NCBI GenBank assembly: GCA_028534125.1
Contig: CM052850.1
Span: 16,182,001-16,246,000 of the forward strand
Length of the DNA: 64,000 nucleotides
Direction of reading: 5' to 3'
Source of the DNA: Lama glama
Lineage: Eukaryota
Part shown: in pieces, positions 43,261-59,750 of the stretch
Layout: each line of letters begins with the position of its first letter
Position numbering within the stretch: the stretch's first letter is position 1
Position numbers and translations under genes: made by a program
The notes under the pieces: generated by a model
Told to the model about the DNA's origin: nothing
The model's input: the letters and a program-made list of their open reading frames with translations, nothing else
Database searches by the model: none

Positions 43261-44529
43261 GAAGTTTTGGCTAAAGGCTGGAGACAACATTAAGCAGGCA
43301 GGAGGACCTAGGTGCAAATACGGATAGAGGCCGGTGGGCTCACATTGCAAGATAGGGCAAACGCAAGAGGAGGTTGGGGTGGGATGAGGGTGCTCCGAAA
43401 GAACTGGGCTGTAACCCCCTGCAGCGCGCTGACCACGCCCCTCTAGGTGAGCTAATCCAGGTACCTCTGACAGGTTCTGCCTAGCCCTCCCTCTCTCTAT
43501 CTCATTTCACCAATAACCCTGATCCCTACTCCCGCTTGAACTGGGGAAAGGTGGAAAAAGGTAGAGGACGCCACCCCCACCCTACTCCGCCCCGCGCTCT
43601 AGGCTTGTTTGCTTGCAGCTCCCAGGTGGTCACGCTCCCTGCACCTGCGGAGCTAGCTTCCAGAAACGTGAAGAACGGAACGTGGCCTGTTTCCTCCACC
43701 TCCCTGGGTTCTCTTGAGGCCACTCACAGCCTTGTTGTGCCTGCCTCACCCCTTGGCGAAAGTAATGTCTCCAATAACTGCCCTGTCCCCACTCCAAACA
43801 GGTTGGTCCTGTTGGGATGGGGGATGGTTAAATACGGAGTGACTCTGACACACCACAGGGTAACCCGGAGGAGAGGCCAGGGACCTAGCAAATCCTGCTC
43901 CTCCCCTTTTCTTTCCAACCAGTTTCTCTCACTTCCCCAGCTGGGAAACCGGCTTCACCCTGATCCTAATTTCTGCCCCTCTGCGTGTGGCTGGTTATCG
44001 TTGACCACCTCTGTTCCAGCTGGTCCCAAGATCGCTGTTGGAGTTATGGATGGAGCCTTTCTCTGTCCTCTGTGACATTTCCAATTTTAGATAATGTCTC
44101 ACATCACTGCTCCCCCGGGACCCTCTGGAGCCCCCATGATCCTGAAGAAGACACCTTGAATCTAGGTGAGTCTATCCCCCTCTAAAACTGGAAGAGAGGT
44201 TCTCCAGAGAATCCTCTGAAATGGCCTTGGGACATGATGTAAGCATTCTTGGGGGTGGGGACTGAGAATAGACGGCCAGAGCAGTTTGAGGAAGGGGTGG
44301 AGGAGAGTGAAACTTGGGCTGGAAGTGACAGGTGGTAGGGCTGCTGGTGGTTGCATTCTATTTCTTTCTGTACATCTGTGTGCTCCATTCTGTGACTTTG
44401 TTCTTTGCCACTTTTTCCTCTTTACCCCTGGCACCACCTTCATTCCTACCTGATGATCTCTCTGTTGGTTTCCTCTCTTCCTGCCTGCCCCAGAACTCTC
44501 CTCTCTCCCTCTCCAGACCTTACCCCAGG

Positions 44530-47500
44530 ATGTTGCGGCGGCTGCTGGAGCGGCCCTGCACATTGGCCCTGCTTGTGGGCTCCCAGCTGGCCGTCATGAT
44601 GTACCTGTCACTGGGGGGCTTCCGAAGCCTCAGTGCCCTATTTGGCCGAGAGCAGGAGCCAACATTTGACTATTCTCATCCCCATGATGTCTACAGTAAC
44701 CTCAGTCACCTGCCTGGGGCCCCTGTTGCCCCAGGAGCCCCTCCAGCTCCTCAAGGTCTGCCGTACTGTCCAGAACGATCTCCTCTCTTAGGTGAGTACA
44801 GAAGGAAGGCAGAAGTGAAGGGAATACCAAGGTGTGGGGGCAGGGAGGCTTGGACAGGCATAGGATGGCAGGAGTTGGTCTTAGAACAGGAGGTTCCTTG
44901 TAATTGGAAGGTGGGCAGAGGTTGGGATACAATGGACTCTGAATTTGGGGGGTTGATTAGGCTCTTAGGTTGAGCCACAGCTTTCCATTGCCTGCTCATT
45001 TATGGGCTCTTCCCACCTCGGGCTAGGAATTACTTCTTTTGTAGACAATCCCTGGTTTAGTTGTTAGTTGGAGGTCCTTCTGTTCTCTCCATTTCCTAAC
45101 TGTAAGCTTCCAACCTTGTGAGGTAGGAGAGACTTCTGGAATCCTAAAATAAGAAGGTAGGTTGGGTAAGGAGCCTGCACCTTCCAGACTTTGCAAAGCT
45201 GTCCCAATGATGGGGAACCCAAGGCTTTGTGAGATTTCTGAAAGAGCCCTTGGGGAAGCAGAGCCCCCAAATCAGACTGCCAGGGACAGTTCTCCTTGCC
45301 CCTCTAGTCCCTGACCTTGCCATTCCCTTCCGACAGTGGGTCCCGTGTCCGTGTCCTTTAGCCCAGTGCCATCGCTGGCAGAGATTGTGGAGAGGAATCC
45401 GCGGGTGGAACCGGGGGGCAGGTACCACCCTGCAGGGTGTGAGCCCCGGTCCCGAACAGCCATCATTGTGCCCCACCGTGCCCGGGAGCATCACCTACGC
45501 CTGCTGCTCTATCACCTGCACCCGTTCCTGCAGCGCCAGCAGCTTGCTTATGGCATCTATGTCATTCACCAGGTACCCCCAAACCCCGCACCACTCTGAC
45601 TTTTTTTTCTTATAAGGAAGCCTCAAGTAAATTCCACTCCACTCTCAAATAATGGGTCACTGAAGTAACTTTAAGAGGTCAGACTGTTGAATGTGGGAAT
45701 GCATCTAGCACTGCTCTGCTAACATGTTAGCCCCATCTCTCTCCTTATTCTGCTTAGGGTATTCCCACTGTCCTATAATATTTTCATGATTTTTCCTCTC
45801 TTGAATTTGGAATTGTGCAAATTTGGAATTGGATAGATATGGGCTAAAATTCTACTTCTGCCATTTGTTCCAATATGTGACCTTGAACAAGATACTTAAC
45901 TCCCTAAAATGAGGCAAAAAGCAATAACTAATATACCACCTGTTTCACATGGCTGTTGGTTGTCAGGATTAAATGCTGAACAGCAGCGTAAGTCGGGCAC
46001 ATACTGATACTCAATTTTTTTTTTTGTGGAATGAGAAAAGGAAAGTTTGTCTTTCTCTTCATTCTCTTGGTCCTACATCCCACTTTGATTTTCAATCTCT
46101 TTTCACTTTATACTTCTGCCCCCTCTTCTCCATGCTACCTATAGACATTGTTTGGTCCTCCTCCATTATCTTTCAGGCTGGAAATGGAACATTTAACAGG
46201 GCAAAGCTGCTGAATGTTGGGGTGCGGGAGGCCCTTCGTGATGAAGAATGGGACTGCCTGTTCTTGCATGACGTGGACCTCCTGCCAGAGAATGACCACA
46301 ATCTGTATGTGTGTGACCCCCGGGGACCCCGGCACGTTGCTGTTGCCATGAACAAGTTTGGATACAGGTAGAAGGCATGAGAGGGTACTGGAAGCAGGGA
46401 AACCCACCATCCAGTGGAGGAACTGAGGGGATTGTGGGTAGAGATGTCTCCTCTAGACTTGTGGAATCCAAGGATCTTTCTCTCCCCAGCCTCCCGTACC
46501 CTCAGTATTTTGGAGGGGTCTCGGCACTCACTCCTGACCAGTACCTGAAAATGAATGGCTTCCCCAATGAATACTGGGGCTGGGGTGGTGAGGATGACGA
46601 CATTGCTACCAGGTCAGACTTCCTGCCACCACCTCCCTTCCTCACCCTAGCCTGGCTTCCTGTCCCCTGAGACCACCATGACCATAGCCCTTTACCATTA
46701 ACCTATAGCTCCCTGGTCCTGCCCATTCATCCCCCTGAGTCTTAGTCTACCTAGGCTTTGCATGCTGCTCTCCATTCTCTTATCCTTCAGGCTCCTAGAT
46801 CTGATTAGTTATGTTCCTAGGAGAGAAGAGAAGATGAATAGGCTATAGTATCATGGGATTCTGGAGCTGGAAAGGGGCCTAGAGACCGTTTAGTGCTGCC
46901 TCTGCTAGGATTGCGTCCAGACCACTTCCTGTGGGGCTGGGAAAGGAGGGACTCTGCTCCACATAGCCCAGAATTTTTTTTTTTTTAAAGTCTGTGCCAG
47001 TGGCATGATGCCAACTCATTTTTAGCATGTGAAACATTTTGACCTTCAGCCTTGGCTGACCCAGTTTCATATCTGTGGTGTGAATACTCGGGCTTGGTAT
47101 GTTGGATCCATTGCCTTTCCTCCCACTTTGTCCTCTTGAGGTGGCATCTCTCTGAATTCTTGTTCTCTGTATGTGTGTAAAGCACCTAGCAATTTCTAAA
47201 TGTGTATATTCTCTCAGTACCTTCCCAGGCCATCTTCATTTGCTTCTGTGTCAAAGTTGGAGCTTGTTTCTTACAGATCCTGATTATTTGGTTCCATTTC
47301 TTTTCTTAACATGGGGGTGGGGTGGGGAAGGGGAGGGCACAGGAGTGAAGAAACTCAGTCACTAATCTAAGTAAGAATCGCTGAGCTTGGGTTAGCAATT
47401 CCCAGGCTTGTCCTATCTTTTTGACAAAATGGCTCCTCTCAGTCCTTCACGGACCACAAGGGCAGCTCCTGGGAGCCATTTAGGAAAGGAAGATGGGAGG

Positions 47501-48303
47501 TGCAAACCTACCTCTGCCAATTGTTTAAAGGCCCCAGGGTACCTGGCATTAGCCCTGAGGATTTGGATACAACGAGCTTTTTCCATTCTCTTCAGCCACT
47601 TCCTTCTTTCTGTTTAACTTGCTCTCCTCTTCCAGTACTTGGCTTTTTTTCTTTTTTTCGCCTAACTAGGAATAGCTGTTCTTTGTGTACAGAACATGCA
47701 ACCCTTTCTTGCTGGCCTTAGCTCTTCTTGCTCACCTGTCAGCAGCTTTCCTCCACTCTGGATCCTCTAAGGTGCCCTCATTTTCCCATAGGGTACGCCT
47801 GGCTGGGATGAAGATCTCTCGCCCCCCCACATCTGTGGGACACTATAAGATGGTGAAGCACCGAGGAGATAAGGGCAACGAGGAAAATCCCCACAGGTAG
47901 GAAGGGAGGACTGCCTGGGAATTGTTACTGGATCTTCAGGATTCTGTACCTTAGTCAGGTGGCTCCTAAAGGTCACTAGATTCTTGGCTTTTCCTTTCTG
48001 GGTCTTAGTCTCCAATATCTAACCCTCAGATTTGACCTCCTGGTCCGTACCCAGAATTCCTGGACGCAAGATGGGATGAACTCACTGACGTACCAATTGC
48101 TGGCTCGAGAGCTGGGCCCTCTCTATACCAACATCACAGCAGACATTGGAACTGACCCTCGGGGTCCCCGGATGCCCTCTGGTCCCCGTTACCCACCTGG
48201 TTCCTCCCAGGCCTTCCGTCAGGAGATGCTGCAGCGCCGGCCCCCAGCCAGGCCTGGCCCTCTGCCTACTGCCAACCACACATCCCCCCACGGTTCACAG
48301 TGA
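44530..48303 (+). CDS. B4GALT3: Beta-1,4-galactosyltransferase 3, 396 aa
   Basis: Coding exons 44530-44791, 45337-45572, 46177-46367, 46490-46612, 47792-47896, 48030-48303 total 1191 nt. Motifs [15 protein letters not shown] (DXD), [18 protein letters not shown] exon 44020-44165; AATAAA 48785-48790. Confidence 0.98.
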
Positions 48304-48977
48304 CTTCTTCCTGCCTATCTTAATCATGAAACTGAATCAGAGAGGTTGTATTCTCCCCACCCTCAGCTCCTCACTGCTCTTAGAGGGTTTGTGGGGGAAC
48401 TGAACTCTAGTGCTGTGCTGTGGGCAGAGGCCTCTCCTCACTGCTGAACTGGAGCTGAGCTCCTCTAGCCCTGGGGGGTCCCTATTTCTAGGGTCACCTG
48501 CCAGGGCTTATGACTGTGAATCCTTGATGTCATGATTTTATGTGATGACTCCTGAGAGTCCCCTGCCCATGGGGTAGGAGCAGGGCTGGACCCCAAATCC
48601 CTTCCTCTTCCATGGAGAGAAGAGTGATCTGGCTTCTTCTGGGACTTCTGTGAATATTTATTCTATTTATGGTCCCCAGGAAGTATGTCTGAAGGAAGCC
48701 CCTCCCTGGGTACTTTGTGCCAGTGCTGGAGTAGCTCCCTCTTCTGGACCTGGCTCAGGAGGCTGGGATTTTGATATATTTTCTAATAAAGGACTCTGTC
48801 TCACCTCTGTTCCTGCTTTCTGCATCCCAGGCACCCTTTGCCTGTCTTTGCTCACCTACCCCTCCTTATGCCCGTAGGTGACAGAACAGCCAGACCAAGC
48901 TAAACTCCAGCAACTTTTATTTTCATGGGTAAGAGAATCCCCACCTGTAGGAGGCAGGAAGATGTGGGAATTGAGGA

Positions 48978-52400
<3,423 letters not shown>

Positions 52401-53783
52401 TCACTGCTTTAAGGAAAACTAAGGCAGAGCCAGCGGATGGGCTGGTGGAACTGTGAGCTCCCTGTTCAGGGCCCAGGACTTACCCAAAGAGAGAGGCGAG
52501 AAAAATGAGGGGGAAAGAAGAGGTACAGGTCTCAAGACAAACCCAGCCGGCGTTCCGCGGGGAGGGGGATAAGGACCACACCCATGCTATCTTCCCGCGC
52601 AGGGTTCGGGGCGCCGACCGGCTGCCTGAGTTCGGAAGCGCTCTCCCTCCCACCCCTCACTAGGCCTAACGTTTTCAGTTCGCTGCCTCCGCCCCCAACC
52701 TTTTCGGTCTCTCTGACTCCCCGTCCACTTTATTCTCGCGGCAAGTTCCAGAACCTACTTTTTCTGCTTCTGGATTGGTGAGTCCTAGAAGGTCCCGGAT
52801 CACATCCACCAGTGAAAATACTGAACTGATAGTGGCTCCTCCTCCCGCAAAGGCGGAGAGATAGCGGCTCTGCGGCGCTGGAGGTAACTGGTTCGGTGCC
52901 GGTTTGGAGAGAGTGGCCATATCCAGCACTGCCCTCCCCTCAGGGCTGGAGTGACGAGAGCTAGATCCTGGTTTGCATTCCCCAGCTCAAGCTTCTCAAG
53001 CCCAGTTAGGGTGAGAACCCTGGAGGAAGGGCCCCATGAGCTTTCGTTGTAGGGAGAGTAGATAGGGACACTCGAGGCTGGTCTGTGGGGAGGCAGCTCC
53101 ATAAACAGCTCCTTGATGTTAGCAACAGCCTGGGCCTACGGGAGCTAGGGCCGCCCGGCAACGTACTGTGTTTGTCAACAGGGGTCCTTGGGTGCCTCGC
53201 TCTCGAGGGGCAGCCCCCCTTTGCCGGCAAAACCCGTCGACCCAGTGCCTGCACTCTAGTTCCAGGCTTCCCCGCAGCTTCACGAGTCTCAAGCTTGCCT
53301 TCCCGTTTCCTCCCACGTAAGCCTTAGCTGCTTGGGCAAACGTTGGCATCAGCGTGTCCCTGTCGGGCACCGTCGTCCCCAATCCCACCCACAAGGCTGA
53401 GCGGCGCCCCATCTGTTCAGAGAGGAAACTGAGTCCCAGGAAGACTCCAATTCGGCCCAGTTCTGTATCCCCACCCCCTACGCACAGATACAAATAACAG
53501 TATCTTTTTCTTAATAAATTTATTCACAAAAAGTGAGATTGTAGAGGGTCTGGGGGCTGTACACAGGCAGGGGCCTGGGGAGCTCTGTACATGGGGCTGG
53601 GAGACAAGGGAGCCTCCAGGTGGAAGGATACTTCTTAATAAAAAAAATAATGGGAGGTACCACCACCCCCTCCCCCCTCCCCGATTAAAAAGACACAAAA
53701 ATAGACGTCTCTGAGGTAAACGGGGAGCCTGGGGCTTAAGGGTGTTGAAAGGGTTTCACAGGTGCCAGGGCTTAAAGAAGGTG

Positions 53784-56700
53784 TTACAGGCACCGGGGTG
53801 GCTCCTGCATCAGTTGGTAGAACAGCACGTAGCCCTCACTGGATGCCACCTGGTTTTCACTGACAGGGGAGACACTAGGAAGAAGGGAGATGGGGAAAGC
53901 GGTGTGATCATTCCTGTATATTACCCCCTACCCACCAAGATCAACCTCCCAGCATCCAGGTAGTGATCAAGAAAGACCCCCCTCTCCTTTTACAAGGCAC
54001 TCTGTTCTCCTAGGGCTTCATATTACGGAAGGGTGTCAGGGCTGCAGCAGAAATGGGGCAGGAGTTGGATAGGAGGCTGCTCTCACCGAGAGTCATTGTA
54101 GACATGCCAGCCAGTCTGGCACCGGCATAGGGCTGTGTAGTGGCCATAGTGGACGCTGCCCGAGTGGTTGCAAAGGGCATACAGTTGATATATGGGGCTT
54201 CCTGTGGGGTTAGAGATGACCAAATTCTATAGTCAGAGCTGTTCCCCGCTCCCACTCTCTCCCTTCCCTTCATGAGACTCCTTAGGACCTTCCCTACCAG
54301 ACTCACCGACTTTGTCACTGGCAAAGTCCCCTAGGCTCAGTCGCTGCAGTGGAAAGTCTACACCTACTGAACTTTTCTTGATGGAGCCTCGGGAGGCAGA
54401 AAATCGATTAAGATCTAAGCTCTGGTTAAGGAGAATTTGGGAGGTAGAGGGCCTCTGAGGGCGACAGAGGTCTTGAACGTTGTCCACTCCCGTCCCTGAA
54501 CACACACTGGGAGCATGGTAGGGAAAGGTTGACTGGCAGGCTTTTCCTAAGGAAAACAATTCTCAAATGTCCAGCCTGTGCAAATATGGAGAATGAGGAA
54601 AAAGAATGGATGGGAGAAACAAAAATTTGAAGATTAGGATACGGAGCACGAGGATTCGGGGGAATCTCTGTACTGTCAACTTTTTGGTACTTCGTGTTTT
54701 CTGCCGACATCGGTCACACACCTGAATAAATGTCAAATAACACGCAATAAGGTTAATGTGATCCTCACCTCAACTGGCTTTTCTGACACCCTGACTTACA
54801 TATAAATTTACTATGCTATTACTTCTGTATCCTCTGCCTTTCTGCCCTTTGCCCTAGGAGTAGTAAGATATATCTGGAATTCCAACACAAACCCTGAGAC
54901 TTAAGTGTTTTTCCTCATACTAAGGCATCATGCAACCCCTTTTATCCATATGGAGCCCCCTCCCCAGGTCTCCCACCCTTACTATATCCCTTATGAACCC
55001 CCACATACTGGGGCATTCTCCGATTCTAGCTCTTCTTCCTTGGTGAAAAGGTTGAAACAATCCCGCAGAGACACCTTGCCCCCAGCAAATCCTTTCTGGG
55101 GGGAAAGGGGAATGAAGGGTCAGCATGTTCTGAATTTCCTTTTCCAACTCTTCTCAATTAATCCAGGCTTCAACTCTGCTCCAGAGACCCACAGGGTTCC
55201 CTCCCACACTGGGGGTGGGTAGGGTGGGTCACAGAACCCATGNNNNNNNNNNNNNNNNNNNNNNNNNNNNNNNNNNNNNNNNNNNNNNNNNNNNNNNNNN
55301 NNNNNNNNNNNNNNNNNNNNNNNNNNNNNNNNNNNNNNNNNNNNNNNNNNNNNNNNNNNNNNNNNNNNNNNNNNNNNNNNNNNNNNNNNNNNNNNNNNGC
55401 AGGAGAAACAGTCATTGTGGGATGCCTGAGATGCTCCCTTGGATTCCTGTCTCTTCCCACCCCTTTCTTTGCCTGACCCTTCCTTTCCCACCACCACCGT
55501 TCCTCCCAACCCCCTCACACCTTTTCCACATTTTCATCATCCAGTCTTATTTACATACCCCTGAAAATACTTATTTTTTTCTGTGAAGCCTGCACCCCGC
55601 CCCCCATGCCCTAATATCCCCCCATCACTTTGTCCCGTTCCATACCCACAATCTTGCTGTCCTCTCGCTCCAGGTAACGCTTCCACATTAAGTTGGCTCG
55701 GTCATCATCGCTACCACAGATCAAGGGAAGTGGGGAGCACCCATGAGATACTAGGAACACTGGGCACCCCCAACACCACTGAAGTGATCCATAGAGCCCT
55801 GTACCCCACCCATATCCCAGCTCCTTCTCTAAATTTCAAGAAAGAGTCAAAGGAAGAACATGCTGTCTTCCTCCATCTGGTTCAAACCCCTTAGGTACCT
55901 TGATGGAAATTATATCCTCCTCTGACAAGATGGTAACATCCCTAGCATTCTCCTCTGTCTCCATCTGTACCCCTCAGCCTCCCTCCTCCTCCTGCCTCTT
56001 CCTACTTCTGCACTGCTTCTCAAACCATTTTCTAAGCTAAGCATTTCCCTGGACCCTACATCTTCAATCTTGACTAGCTCAGTTCTGTGAAGGATGAATG
56101 GTGCTGATAAACTACTGGGGAGAAAAAGAAGGGGGAGCAATCTTACCTTAACTCAGGTTCTTCTAGCAGAGCCCCTCCGCGGCGGGGTGGAGAGGGAGCT
56201 GGACCACTGGCCAGGATTGGTGGAGCCCGGCGGCCTCGTCGGTTGATTTCAAGGTGTAGCCGCTCCATGAGGAGCTTCAGAAACTCTTGCGCATCCTGCT
56301 GGCTGCAGTCAGACGACGAGTGTGGGCAACTGACCTCTACCTAGATCTGACCACAGACACTAACTCCTGCCCAGGCATCAGTCCCCGCTTCCTAGATGAA
56401 GATCATCTCAAGGCTCAGAATGTTGCTGCCAGGGGCCCTGGTCGGCCCTACCCCAAAACATGGCCAGAGAGAAATCCCACACCCCAAGCTCTCCCACCTG
56501 TATCCAGAGAAGGAGGGAACGTATTTCTGGAAGACAGCTCGGAACCGAGTAGGATTCACAGCTTCGCAGGAGTCAGGGTGCCACAGGGCACCAATCACAT
56601 CTGCAAAGGCTATCGGGGTGGGAATGGGGAAGGGAAAGAAAGGTTAATGACTGGAAGAAGAAAGCAAGAGGAGGCTCAGAGAATCGAAAACAACCTCTAG

Positions 56701-58581
56701 GAAAGGAGGCACTGGGAAAAACAGATACAATTGACAGCTTTCAGGATTGGGGCCACCAGCACTGGCAGGTGGACGTACAAAGGGCTGGGGTAAAGAAGGC
56801 TTGAAAGGAGGGAGCAGGAGTTGTTGCCCCACCTTCAGTGAGCTCTTGGGCTCGGCCTCCTCCAGGCACCTCTTGCCGGAAGTCCCTTCTCAGACAGAAG
56901 TCCCGAAGAGGCCGAGTGCTGCTCAAACACTGCAGCACAGCATTCAGGAAGCACTGGAGAGCAGCAGAGACACTGTCATTATCTCTCCAGACCAGTGCCC
57001 AGGAAGAATTAGGAGAACTCCTTAAGCTCTCCTTTCCCATGCCTTCCCTAAGTTTCCTTCCCCACGCCTGCCCCAGCACCATTTCACATTCCTGTTACAA
57101 AAGACAGAAGAATGGCTCTTACCGTGTTCCCCAGATTTCGGAGGCCAACATGACCGGAGCCCAGAAGCAGTGTGTGATGAGCCTGGAAGGTCAGAGTACA
57201 GTCAGCAGGTTCCCATATATCCCACCCGGCACTTTAACCTTTCGACAGCATGCTGCCCACTGCCTCCCCAACCCCAGCCTTCATCCCCAAACTCCACACT
57301 CTCCCTCACTGGGTATTGGGGTCTCCCTACCTCACTGGCCATGAGCAGTAAGCCCATCACAGCTGAGTGTACCACGGACTCAGCCATGGCTGTCCCACCT
57401 GTTGCCCACTTACTCCTTTGCCCAGCTAGCCGGCGATACAGCTCCTGGGGCAACTCCCCAAGCACTGGCATGGTTGCCCAGTTGCTCCCCACCCCAACCT
57501 TGCTACCCCCAAGACCCCCTCCTGCACCCGTGGCCACTTCTTGCACCCTCTCCTGATGGCTCCAACTGCAATCAGCCTAGCTTACTTAGCTTGGGAAATG
57601 GGCAACCACACTAGCTCAGATGTTCTGAGCCCGCCCCTCTTGGGCTCCAGAGATTAATTAGGCCTAGGCCACATCCCAGGAGAGAAGGTACAGCAAGGGA
57701 AAGTAAGGGCCTGGGGACCCAAAGAAGAATTCCAAATGGTTGAGTTAATTCCCAGGGGACTGAAATGGCACATCATGCTGGGTAGTCACAGACAACCCCC
57801 GAAAAGGGCCTATGAGGCTCAAGGGTACTTAAGTAAGGGAGAGGAAAGTCCAAACTGCTGTAATGAGGGGTTGAAAAAGAACTTGGGGAAAAGGGGGAAA
57901 GGAAAGCCATATGATGGCAAGAAAGCTGGAGGCATGGAAGAACACGGGCATGGAAGACCATATGTGCTGGCAAGTCCTCACCATCTTGTCATTGGAGTAG
58001 AAAGGCTCAGAGGGCCGGGCAGATATCACGTGGAAAGGGCCATGGGAAGTAGGGGGCTCCGTCCGTATGCTGAGCAAGGTGGGGGGCCCAGGAAAGCCCC
58101 CAAGGCGGCGGAGAGAGGTGCTACGTCTCAAAGGGGGTGGCTCAGGCCGTAGAGCCAAGCGGCTCAGTGCAGCCCCTAGCTCTCCAGTGCCACGATGCCC
58201 TCCCAAGGCAATCCCCATTGGACGCAAGTCTCCACTGCTCACAGACTTGGAACGAGCTAGGTTGGTCCTGGATGGGAAAGGCAGAGCCACAGTTGGGGGT
58301 GGTGAGCCAGGCAGGGGAACTCCATGATCTGCCCGAAGCGGGCCTCTGGGACGGGGGCCTGAGGTCCGTCCCCGTCCCAGCTCCAGTTTCTTGAGCCGTT
58401 CCTCAGGGGGACCTGGCCTGGGAGGCAGAGGTCGTAACATAGGGTTCGGCCCAGGGGCTGGGCTTCGGCGCTCCTTGCTCCGGGCCCGAGAAGCAAATGG
58501 TAGCTTGGATCCCACTCCGGGCTGGACATTAAGAGGTGGCTCTCGGGTCCGTCCCAAGCGGTGCTCAGAAGCCTGGGGCAT
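53784..58581 (-). CDS. USP21: Ubiquitin-specific peptidase 21, about 565 aa
   Basis: Exons 58581-57982, 57182-57123, 56953-56833, 56609-56498, 56302-56147, 55710-55646, [one exon in gap 55243-55398], 55095-55009, 54721-54643, 54414-54307, 54201-54087, 53874-53784. Cys box GLRNLGNTCFLN, QQDAQEF, His box NHSGSVHYGHY, WHVYNDS. Confidence 0.97.
54415..54642 (-). other. U12-type (minor spliceosome) GT-AG intron in USP21
   Basis: On -: 5' site GTATCCT; branch site TCCTTAAC at 54432-54425, about 10 nt before the AG; no polypyrimidine tract between them. Confidence 0.88.
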
Positions 58582-59149
58582 TGTGGACACCACAGACTGG
58601 ACCTGGGAGGAGAAGAGAGGGTCAGTATTTGAATATGGAAGGAGATGAGAACATACGCTACCATACTAGTTTCTACACGTATGGAGGGCAGGAACCATGT
58701 CTATGATGTTAGTCACTGTATCCCCAGTACCCAGCATAGTGTTTGGCACAAAGTAAATACTTAGTATCCATTAAATAAATGAATTAATGAATGATAGCAG
58801 CCCAGGGCTTTGCCTCTTTCTACATTCCTCACCCTCTTCCTTCAGAACACAGCTTTACTGGAGAGCCAATAGTAGTCTCTATCTTGGCTGTCTTTATAAT
58901 CTAAATGCTCATGAAGGTCCCCCAAACCTGCTAGTCAAGTGGGATGTGCCCTGGGTGACTTAGGACCTCTGGTCAAATGAGGGTGTGGATCCAAGTCTAA
59001 CAGTCCATAAGACAGCATTCAATACTCAAACCCCTGCCCCTCCGGGCTGCAAATGAAGCCGACTGAAAGGGTGACTTGCGAATCACTCCCTCCCCCACCT
59101 CTGAGCTCCAAAGTGGTGTGGGGGATCAGGGGCAGAGGCCGGCAGGGAC

Positions 59150-59750
59150 GACAAACAATTCCCTGACCCCTAATCTCTGCACCTCTCCCACCACAGCAGG
59201 CTTAACCGGGTCCGCCCCCCTCGAGGGCAGAAAGGCCGAGGCCGCTGATTGGCTACGGAGTCCGGCGGCGTGTTCTCCGCGATCCATGGATGCTGTCGCT
59301 CCAGCCCAGTTCTCCCAGGCCTGCTGGGCTCCCCGCGGCTCTGCCTTGGTGGAGGGCGATCTCTCGGGTCTGGAGCAGTCCTCCCTCGGCATCCCCCCCA
59401 CAACGCCATAACGCCCCGGACCGTACCTGTCCCCCGGTGAGGCGGTGGGGGAGGCCAGCCGGGGCCAGGCGCCAGCTCAGGGCCACCCCCTCCTACCCTC
59501 GTGCAGCCCCCCTGCAGGCCCGGCTGCAGCTTTAGCAGCAGCTGTCGCCCAGATCTCTCCCGCCGCAGGGGCCGCCGCCATCTTTGTTGGTCCCGCCCGG
59601 CCACCGGCCACCGGCTTCACTGTCTCTCACAGCGCCTGCGCACCCACACTCGGAGTCCACCCACCCGCTTTCATGGCGCTTGCGTGAACCCGCCCCCTCG
59701 GCTCCGCCGCCGACACCATGGAAACACAGCCAACTTTAGGGCCGCCAGTT
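59150..59750 (-). promoter_or_regulatory. USP21 CpG-island promoter / 5' UTR exons
   Basis: Very high CpG; YY1 motif AAGATGGCGGC on - at about 59574-59584; candidate donors at 59426 and 59098. Confidence 0.7.

Noticed and set aside
44332-44529. Apparent hydrophobic N-terminal extension of B4GALT3
   Set aside because: It is intronic pyrimidine-rich sequence upstream of the acceptor at 44516/44517 and has no ATG start.
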